Part shown: positions 22,906 to 31,873 of the stretch, in pieces
Layout of the letters: every line of letters starts with the position of its first letter
Position numbering within the stretch: the stretch's first letter is position 1
Translations under genes and position numbers: made by a program
The notes under the pieces: generated by a model
Database searches by the model: none
Told to the model about the DNA's origin: nothing
Seen by the model: only the letters and a program-made list of their open reading frames with translations
Source of the DNA: Perkinsela sp. CCAP 1560/9
Lineage: Eukaryota; Protista; Euglenozoa: Kinetoplastea
Reading direction: 5' to 3'
DNA length: 64,000 nucleotides
NCBI GenBank assembly: GCA_965644495.1
Contig: CBFFSA010000001.1
Location: forward strand, 3,596,001-3,660,000

Positions 22906-23468
22906 CAGATGGCTCCGCCTTCTGCTTTTTGCCTTGCTCCTCCTCCTTCCTCTACGATTTTGCAGATCACAAATGTAACAAGCCTTAGCGTTGATCAAAT
23001 CACACTCGTTGACGGGTCAACCAAATGGCAGCCACTTCGTTGACAGTCGGGTTTATTGTCAACGAAGTGGCAGTCAATTGGTTGACCCGTCAAAGAAGTA
23101 GAGACGTACCCGGATATTTTACTGTCAACGAAGTGGCAGCCAATTGGTTGACCCGTTCCCAATCCTAACATCTCCGTGGTTCCAAAGCAGATCCTAGGGC
23201 TTCTGTTGTTGTTGTTGAGCTCCTTACAGATTCCCATGCGAGGAAGTCGTCGTCGCTACATCGAAAAGGCAGAAGGCTCCGCCTTCTGATTTTTGCCTTG
23301 CTCTTCCTCCTTCCTCTACGATTTTGCAGATCACAAATGTAACAAGCCTTAGCGTTGATCAAATCACACTCGTTAACGGGTCAAACAAATGGCAGCCACT
23401 TCGTTGACAGTCGGATTTACTGTCAACGAAGTGGCTGCCATTTGGTTGACCCGTCAACGAAGTAGATA
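22906..23468. repeat. Direct duplication (about 200 bp, period about 364) with a ~90-bp palindrome in each copy
   Basis: 22906-23105 matches 23269-23468. Hairpins at 23007-23093 and 23370-23460, with an extra half-arm at 23120-23157. Confidence 0.85.
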
Positions 23469-24252
23469 CATAGCCAAATTTCCTCCCCCTTTTGTAGTTC
23501 CGCCTTCAACCCAACAGGTAGTAAATAATGCATTGGAATGATCATTCCCAGGGTTACATTTCACAGGTCGATGTGTAGGGGTGGCATTGTAATGGCATCA
23601 CGTAAGATGTCGTGATCAATTTCTTACATATGATATGTTTTTTTATAGCTTTTCTAAAATGATCAATCATCTGGCATGCAAAATAAAAAAACTCTTTAAA
23701 AATATTTTGATGCAATACGCAGCATTTAAGCAAAGTATACATTTGTTGGTTTCATTGACAAGTATATTTGATTCTCTATGAACAGTACAACTGAAGCTGC
23801 ACCGGCCTTTCATTCGTCCAGACGCGGAAAAGTTACAAAGAGTGCTTTGCCTCTAGAATATTCTCTTTCTCGTTTCATAGAAAAAGTAGAAAATCCGCAT
23901 TCCTCGTGGAAGGCAGATAACCCAGCATGTGAGTGGAAAGGAGTGAAATGCGATTTCGGAGGACATTTGCTTTGCTTGGCTTGGGCTAACTATGGCTTGC
24001 TTGGGACACTTCTCTGGCATCATACTCCTCCGATACGAGGAAACTTTTTTGTACATTGTAATTCTTTGCAAGAAAATGTGGATTTGAGTCAACTGGAAGA
24101 TGCAACAGAGCTGTGCAATTTAAGTCACAACAAATTTCAAGGTATGATAGATTTTACGCAATTGCCATCAGGCTTGGATTCACTGTGGCTTTCATACAAT
24201 GAATTCTCTGGAAAAGTAGATCTTACAGCCTTGCCCACTGGACTTCGATTGT

Positions 24253-24401
24253 TATTATAGATACAGTTTCTGTACCTTGTTGGTACATTTTGCTAGCCCT
24301 TCCTTTCTTTTCCCGGAAACGGGCATATTCTTACTTTTAAATGCCCGTTTCCGGCTGACGGCTAGCTGGAACTGTCCCTCTTTGTCGCGGAAGTAGGGGA
24401 C
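24253..24401 (+). ncRNA. Spliced-leader (mini-exon) RNA gene-like sequence, 5'-truncated orphan
   Basis: TTATAGATACAGTTTCTGTACCTTGTTG|GTA contains the conserved euglenozoan SL core TACAGTTTCTGTAC, the TTG exon end and a GT donor at 24283. It is followed by a perfect stem CCGGAAACGGGCAT/ATGCCCGTTTCCGG and a further GTCCCT/AGGGGAC stem. Confidence 0.7.
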
Positions 24402-24864
24402 GCACTTCGCACTCTTCACCCCTCCCCGGCTCGCTCTCTTCGAGTGAGCTTTCTTCCCTCCCCGGCTCTCTACTTCTCGTGCTTTCTTCTCCCGGGAGCT
24501 ATGCGCCATGGTGGCCTCCTTTGAGGACCACTGGGCGTGCTACAGCGGGAGGACACGTTGTATGCGTGTATAGGGGATGCGAACTTGCACCCCTCTCTCC
24601 CTACATGCTGTAGCGAGTGCGGAGGTAACGGACCTCCCCATGATGCATCATGATCCACGATAGACCATCTGACAGCATGAACCCACGGCTTGACCGTGTT
24701 GCAGCATGAACCATGGCTATACGTGCTGTAGCATGACCGATGGGCGACTCGTCTCCTACCTCGCACTCCACTCTCTGTGTGACACCCGTCGTATGCGGGT
24801 CATGCGCTGATGGTATCGGCCGTCACACAGAGAGACGTATCTCTGCGCCACGAGCGTATGATCA
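24255..24864 (+). mobile_element. 610-bp SL-headed insertion without TIRs
   Basis: Bounded by TA at 24253-24254 and 24865-24866 inside an LRR codon run. GC-richer than the flanks, with internal short repeats and a 13-bp inverted repeat (24771-24783 / 24822-24834). Confidence 0.7.
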
Positions 24865-25613
24865 TAACCCTTCAAAATAACGTATTTTGTGGAACGCTAA
24901 TTTTAAATTTTCTTCCAGGTAGCATGAAATTTGTTTCCCTTAGGAACAATCAATTCTCTGGTATACTGCATCTGACTTCCTTGCCCCAGAGTCTACGAAG
25001 GATGGATCTGAGTCAAAATTCGAAACTAAACGGTGAAATCGATAGGAATTTATTTTCTCCTGATCTCACAATGGTGAGTCTCTAGTTCACCATTTTTTGT
25101 CGCAAAAAAATACTCACAGCGACTCACAGCGATCTACAGGTACTCAAAGTTTCTGCTATTCCATACAGAATTGCACTCAGTGTTCTAGACTTCTTGTTCA
25201 AAAGTTATTTGGTGTAAAAATAGAATTTACCTTCTCTAAATCTTTTTCTAGAAGATTTTTTTATTTATAAGTAATGTCGGTGTGCTAGCAGCTTCGTTAA
25301 AAAGCGGTGGTTGTTGGTAAACGGGCTTCGCAAATTGCTTCCCACTAACGACGCCGTGTATGGCCTCGCGCGGGCCCTCGCCATACCTCTCCCCTTCGGC
25401 TTCACAAATTGTTTCCCACTAACGGCGTCACGTATGGCTCAGGCCAGCTCACGCGGGCAAAACCTGGCAAAACTTAACAGGTTTCAACCCTCTTTATTTC
25501 TATAGTAATAGAAAATCAATGAATTTAATCATAGATTCGCATAAATCCTAATTTCTTCTGGTCATCAAAAAGTTTTTTCTTATAAAGTTTCTTATAAAGT
25601 TTTTTCTTATTTA

Positions 25614-25920
25614 CTGTACCCCTCCTACTTGTTTGTCACTACTTTTCGCGAAAAGGTGACAGATAACTAGGCGGACCAGTGTGCGACAGATAACTAGGGA
25701 GGGGGTCTGTCACAAAAAAAAGGCAGAGCATGGAATTACAGAAACGGTTTTATAATAGCACTACGCACGACCATTCGCTTGAAACACAAAAAGGAAAAAT
25801 ATAAGTTTCATTTTATGATTTTTTTTGTCAAAAAGTATTTTACCTATTTTTAAAAAGTGACAGATAACTAGGGGGGGGGAGGGGGGGTGACGTGTGACAG
25901 ATAACTAGGGGGGGGGACAG
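25614..25920. mobile_element. TA-flanked MITE
   Basis: Degenerate left TIR CTGTACCCCTCCTACTTGTTTGTCAC and right TIR GTGACAGATAACTAGGGGGGGGGACAG, with TA on both sides. GACAGATAACTAGG occurs four times. Confidence 0.7.
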
Positions 25921-26430
25921 TAATTACAATCATTTATGCAACTCCCAGTAGTCGGTTTACTTTCCCCTAAGCCATTAAGCATGACCAGTCTTTTGAAGTG
26001 CCTCTTCCAGTCTTTCGGGGTTTTCCGACGAAAAAAATACTCACAGCTACTCACAGCGAATCACAGCAGCCCACAGCGATTCACAGAAACCCGCACATAT
26101 CTACAGATACTAACTACAGACTCACCAATAGTTAAAGAAGGAACGGGAATACTTTCTTGATCACCTGAATTTACTAAGTTTCTGTATCGGTAGGTATGTC
26201 AAACTCAAAGTTAAAGCCTGACTCGTTTTCCCGGATTTTATCGGGATACTTTATTTCTCAGTTTCCTTAAATAGAATGTAAGAAAGAAAGAAAACAAAAG
26301 CAGTGAAACAAATTCGGCTTTCTTTATTTTCTCCTCCGTTGAAAAAGTAAACACGCAAAGTGTGTGCTGCCAAATCCATAATGTTTTTAACTCGAGGTCT
26401 ATTTTCAGTTATTTTTTTCTTTTTAATGTC

Positions 26431-26787
26431 ATGCTAGAATCATTTTTCTGCGTACGTGATTTTTTTATTTTGCGCCGTTGGGGTAATAAAATAGAAAATA
26501 GTAGGAAAAAGAAATTAAACGTTCTCAATTCTGCTCAACGCCTTCGTCTTCCCTTACTTGCACAAGCGCCTTGGGGAGCCATTGTGGTCATATCTGCTGC
26601 ACTTCTTTTTTTTGGGGCTGATTTCGCCTATGGAGCTTATCGTCGCTACGCGGATCCAACAACAGACAATGAAGAACGAAACCGCGTTCGTGTTCGTAAG
26701 CAACAAGAAGCAAAGCAGTGGGTCCGGGCAGAAACTGTGGCCTATTCAAAAAGTCGTCCGAAAGGATACCGAGGAGAGGATAAATAG
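26431..26787 (+). CDS. Small hypothetical single-pass membrane protein
   Basis: Hydrophobic helix WGAIVVISAALLFFGADFAYGAY followed by a charged tail. Start uncertain. Confidence 0.5.
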   Translation: MLESFFCVRDFFILRRWGNKIENSRKKKLNVLNSAQRLRLPLLAQAPWGAIVVISAALLFFGADFAYGAYRRYADPTTDNEERNRVRVRKQQEAKQWVRAETVAYSKSRPKGYRGEDK

Positions 26788-27425
26788 AGGGAAATATACA
26801 CTTTATGTAAATAAATTAATTAATGGAGACAATGAAGTGTGCCACTTTTTTGGATGACACTGGATGACTAATTTTGTTGATACTCCAGCTTATCTATACC
26901 CTCTCACCTTTATAGTTCATTTGCCAGAACGAACGTTTGCCCGTTCTTCAGGAGAGCATCTGACTTCCGGCTAAGCTCTTTTTTTGATTCGCAGTTTGCT
27001 TTTCTTTCGATTTTTTTCTCTTTTCTAACACCCTTATTGCGCAGGAAATCCCTTTTATACTTTTCGGCTTTCAAAAATAACGAAGCGATAGTGATGGTAC
27101 GTCTCACTACAAGGTTCGTTTGTGCCTTCACTCCATGCTCATATCTGTCTTGGACGGCACTCGATCGCACTGGATGACAGTGAACAACTGCAGATTGTCC
27201 AATTCAATGATCGTTTTAGCTTTTCTCTCACACGTTGAACTGGTTGAAGACCGTAAAGGTAGACGTAACAAGCGAAGCTCGTCTAGAAAAGTTCGAAAAA
27301 CATGAAAAATGATCAGAAATTGATCACTTTTAGCAGAAATATGATATTTATGCTACAAGCGACACTATTTAAATACGAAATTTTTTGGGTTTTTATCAGC
27401 GCCACTTTAATTAAGGCAACTTTAA

Positions 27426-27670
27426 TTTTCTTTTTTAGGTTCTTCGTTAAACGCGGTGGTAGTTTTCAACGCGAAGCGCGCAGCATGAGTGACTTCTAAG
27501 TTGAAAGTCTAAATTAATTAACGTAAACATTTATTTCTCGTCAGAAATTACGTTAATTAATTTAGGCTCTTCGTTAAACGCGGTGGTTGTTTTCAACTTA
27601 GAAGTCATTCATGCTGCGCGCTTCGCGTTGAAAACTACCACCGCGTTTAACGAAGAGCCTAAAAAAGAAA
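27426..27670. repeat. Head-to-head pair of the 95-bp palindromic module forming a larger palindrome
   Basis: Partial copy 27438-27506 and full copy 27565-27659, separated by CTAAATTAATTAACGTAA...TTACGTTAATTAATTTAG. Confidence 0.85.
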
Positions 27671-27817
27671 CATCTCCAAAAGATCATGAATAATCTACTT
27701 TTTTTGGGGAAAAAGCTCGATTTTTCGGCAAAAATTGCGAAATTTTACACCAAATTTGGGCCTTTTTTGATGCCTTCCCATTAGGGGCAGGAGTCGATTC
27801 TGTCGAAAAAAACGTCG

Positions 27818-28767
27818 CATAATAAACCCCCGCTCACGAAAAGTGACCCCCCTCTCTTTTTTCGTACAAATGTCCGTTTGAGCTGTTTTTTGTTGCATTT
27901 TGCAGATCTCAACACAAGGACTTTGCGCGTGCAGAAATGAGACAAAAAGAAACGAATACGCACAATTTAGAGAAGAATTACCATTTTGTCACTTTTTCGC
28001 CCTTCAATCTTATACACTCCTTAAGTCGAGAATCAAAACTTAATACTGTTTTGTCGATCACTTTTTGAGTTAAAGAAGACCATGCTTTACATACACATCG
28101 GATAAGTGAAGGTTTGTCCGATGGGGTTTGTTCGTCTACCGCCTCTTGGACCATAGACCAGACGTTTTCTATGGGGGAAAGGTCGGGCGAGTTGGGGGGC
28201 CAGTTTCTTAGAACATCACTCATTCAATTCTCAATATACTCTTTGGAGGCACGGGCAGTATGTGCCGTTGCCCAATCCTGTTGAAATACACTATTAGGGG
28301 GGAAATCTACCTGTTTTAATGTTTCTGTGTACGTCTCACTTGTAATAGATGTGTCATTGTAGATGTCTCACTTGTAATAGATGGTCACAGGACTCAAAGT
28401 GTATTCCCCGCTAGATTTTTTTTCGTTCAGATATTTTTTGATTATCCTTCTAGAGACGTTAAAATCACGGGATAATTGTTTTATCGGAACACCTTCTGCC
28501 TGTCTCATCTTCAACAGAACCTTACCACTATCCGTAAGCCCCCCTTTTGGGAGCCGATATGGTGATTTGGTCATTTTTGGAAAAAAAAGTTGAAAAACCA
28601 ATTATGTTTTTTGACTAAATTTCAAAATCTTAAAATGAGCTAAAAACAGCGGGAACGTACAGATCTCGAAATTTTGAACGAAAAAGTGATACGATAACCC
28701 ACCGACGCCCCCCTGTGCTAAAAATAAGGGGGGGTCACTTATTCGTGAGCGGGGGTTTTTATTACTG
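27818..28767 (-). mobile_element. Internally deleted Tc1/IS630-like element with a DD35E transposase pseudogene
   Basis: TIRs AAACCCCCGCTCACGAA(T)AAGTGACCCCCC at both ends. HTH GVPIKQLSRDFNVSRRII, and FQQDWATAHTA...WPPNSPDLSPIENVW with one in-frame TGA. The first catalytic Asp region is missing. Confidence 0.9.
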
Positions 28768-28850
28768 TGTTTCTCTTTATATTTTCACTGTTTTTGTTCA
28801 GTTTTTTTTCAATAATCGAGGGTAGAGCGGTAGTTATACAACCACCGCAA
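28768..28850 (-). repeat. Hairpin end of the Helentron/DINE-like repeat (copy 3)
   Basis: Near-identical to 6266-6347, including GCGGTAGTTATACAACCACCGCAA. Confidence 0.8.
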
Positions 28851-28862
28851 TAAGTTGTTATA

Positions 28863-30582
28863 CTCCCCTTGTCAGAATAAAATACAAATCGATTTTTCGT
28901 TGTGGTAAAATCTACCCCAAAGAAACAGTGCCATTTATACTTTTCAAAAAAAAATCGATTTTTTTTGTGAAATATTTTTTTCCTGAATGCCGTCTGGTAG
29001 GCCGTTGTCTGCGAAACGAAAGAGTTCAATGACTCATTATGTTTCACAGGGTGGAAGGCCTTCCAATCGTGAGATTGAGCGGCGCGAGGAAGGGTGGAAA
29101 GAATTTGTGAGTAATAGCGGAGAATCTCATATAATGGCTCTTCCGAACATTGTAAGCGAATACATAGAAGAAGCGTCGAACTTGTTCTTCGAAGCCCAGA
29201 ACTTTCTTTTCATGTCTTTGGAGGAAAAAATCCGTTCTGTGGCATGTGATGAAGAGTTTGTGGTGAAGATTGGTAGATGGTGTTGTCCAAGCAAAGAAGC
29301 AAGAAGATGCCTGGACTCCTTATTCTACGTTTCGTCGTTGGTTGGATTGCTTGAACATTGTCAACAAATCTTCCAAACGTACCATGAAATTGCTTATCCA
29401 GATGATTGGGAGGTTCAAGGAAAAAACATGATTCTTCGGATTGTCTTTATTGTTTCACATGAGCACAAGGGATCCCCACGGGAAGAACTTATTGTCAACG
29501 TGGATGAGACCGGCATTGCTTACAACAAGCTAGCACAAAGTGGGTTCTGTATGCAGGGTGAAAAACTTTCAAACATCGCAAACTCGGATAAGAGGAGCGC
29601 TACACTTCTAGCATGTATCGCACTATCAGGCTCTCTTCTTTCACCATTTGTAATTTGGAATGGAAAGCAAGGAAGCTCTCGCGCATCAGTAAAAGAACAT
29701 TCCCTATCAGTTCAGTATCAAACTTCTAACCACTATATCACTGGAGCTATTCTTAAATACGTGGAAAAAAAATTGTTTCCCTATTATGAACGCCAAATTG
29801 TCTTTTTGACTGAAAGACCATTTCCTGTGCTAGTACTCCTCTGGGACTTGTTCGGTGCATACTTCAAATGAGACAAAGTTATCTTTCACTAGCCAGTGCT
29901 GTGTGGGGGGGAAGTATCACTGGATACGCATCGTATATGTACCCGCTAGATGCACGGGCAAGCTTCAGCCGTGCGACGTCGGATTATTTAATCGACTAAA
30001 GTCGAAACTTTTGCATTTTCGCATTAAGTCGCTTCTTGAGTACTGCCGAAGTCAAACCCTACAAGGAAAAAGCATCGGAAGCAGCTCATCTATTGGCGGC
30101 AAAATATGTAAAAAAAGGTATTGGAATCACTAGACAATGTCTACCTGGTCTTAAAGGATCCTAAACATATTGAGGCCAATGTAAAAGCTTTCCACGACGT
30201 AGGTATATCCATTCAAGCGCTCACATCTCCCGAGAACATTGTTGAATCTATAAAAAGACAAAGCGTACTATTTAGTCTCAATTATACGACGAGCATCGTA
30301 TCAGACGATGAAGTGCAAGAAATTGAAGTAGACGAATACGCACTAGACACGAAGTAAAAGGCAGATTTGTGGATGTATGCTTTTTCTGAATGTGAATGCT
30401 TTTTCTTTCTGGGCATTTATACTTTTTCTCGGCGATTTATACTTTCTCATATTGATTCATCCTTTTTCTGCACGATTGATACTTGTTTGATCCATTTATA
30501 CTTCTAAAATATAATATAAATAGAAATCACCAATTTCCTTTATGTTTTATATTTACTGTATATTTTATTCTGGCAGGGGGAG
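28863..30582 (+). mobile_element. pogo/Tigger-type (DDE_1) transposon with a frameshifted transposase (28987-30357)
   Basis: 22-bp TIRs CTCCCCTTGTCAGAATAAAATA / TATTTTATTCTGGCAGGGGGAG with TA on both sides. Motifs NVDETG, LSPFVIWNGK, LLWD and VPARCTGKLQPCDVG span three frames. Confidence 0.9.
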
Positions 30583-30813
30583 TAACCCGTTTTATGAGGT
30601 AGAGATTTAGCGAAACGTTTCTTTTATGCGTTTTTAGATGTCCTCTCGCAGCATTGCTTTACAAAATTCAACGCGATTGTTACGCTCGGCCTCTGTTAGA
30701 AGAAGTGCGTTTTCTTTTGAGAGGAGTCTATATCCGTGGTAATATAAAAGGAGGTATCTAATTTTTGTTTTGTGTTCCTCTATACTGGTATCCGGAATAG
30801 TATCACTGATTTC

Positions 30814-31281
30814 TCAGTTGCATGACTCCGTGACAATGGGTAACTCTATTCGGGGGATGGTTTCTTCAGTGCTCTCCTCGACGTCGGAACTTGAAACTTT
30901 TTCTTCCAATATGTTTAATAGCTGTCCTTCATATAAAACAGTGGAATCGGGTTGCTCCGTCTTCTCATTGCTATGGTATTCATCAAATCCGCGAGTAGAA
31001 TCAGTAAAGTTTTCTATGGCGTGTTCTTGTTTGGAACTTTCAGACACACCTCGAAGTTCGGTGATTGCTTCGAAAGTCTCCTTATCGCTCCATTCCTCAG
31101 TATCACAAGTAGAAGAACCAGAGAGATCATCGTCCGGATCCCAATCAAAATCATTTCCTTCACACACAGCAGTTATGTCTGAGGCGGAACTCGATGTTTC
31201 AGAAAGTGAGACTGTTTCGCAAGTGAGCACTTCTGCATCGTCTGATTCGCTATCCAAAAGTTTGAACGTGGAATCAATCAT
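30814..31281 (-). other. Acidic minus-strand ORF, possibly a pseudogene or element-derived
   Basis: 155 aa, Asp/Glu/Ser-rich. The frame continues about 59 codons past its TGA. It is opposite to the gene cluster strand. Confidence 0.35.
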
Positions 31282-31873
31282 AAAAAATCAGAAAAAACAA
31301 AGGAGTATAAAAGGCAGACTATAGTGATATGGCGTAAATGGTCTAATTCGTGAAATTAGAAATATCAAAGCTGTAAATATGAAAGCATAAGTCGAAGAAC
31401 CCGAAACGACGAAACAAATCCGGGTATTTGATTCTCCGACCAAAAAATTAAGCGGTACGGCGGCATGTAGGTAATAAAATTAAAGATCATATTGTAGGAA
31501 AAAAGAAACACGAGCTAATAACAATTTTAAGCTAGTCACGACGACGTCATACATAATCCACAAAAAACAGAAGACGAAAAGCTCTTTTGGCGCTCTCTAA
31601 ATGTTACTATATTCTGGGACGGAGGTGTACCTATACTTTGATAAAATAATGTGACGGGTATGTGGTTTATTATAAATTATATTGTCGCTTTTTTCCGAAA
31701 TGTGGTGACGGATAACTACGGGGGTATAGTACTTGTATTTACAATTAACGTACTTGCAAATTGTGTTCTCACTGTGTTCGGTACTTTTCGATCAATATCA
31801 CAGGCCAGCATTATTAAGTTTTTTAACAAACGCTGAAAACAATTTTTTTCTGCATAGTATCTATTAGTCTTCA

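Larger units (their letters stand above)
23778..25085 (+). pseudogene. LRR family gene disrupted by a 610-bp insertion
   Basis: Removing 24255-24866 (insert plus one TA) rejoins LPTGLRLL to TLQNNVFCG in frame, which restores the LPxxLxxLxLxxN consensus. Confidence 0.85.

Noticed and set aside
24255-24864. Insert as a cis-intron or solo LTR
   Set aside because: No GT-AG at the boundaries. A TG...CA reading from 24250 gives no TSD and breaks the LRR register.
22906-25920. Repeats with spacers as a possible CRISPR array
   Set aside because: Irregular spacing, few units, eukaryotic context and no cas genes. They are better explained as MITE subterminal repeats.
26177-26198. AGTTTCTGTATCGGTAGGTATG resembling an SL 3' end plus donor
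   Set aside because: Only a 10-nt core match, wrong spacing and no downstream stems.
28224-30816. In-frame TGA codons in two minus-strand frames as stop-codon reassignment
   Set aside because: Intact genes here (TrpRS, SRP54 and others) end in TGA and use TGG for Trp, so these are decay mutations.
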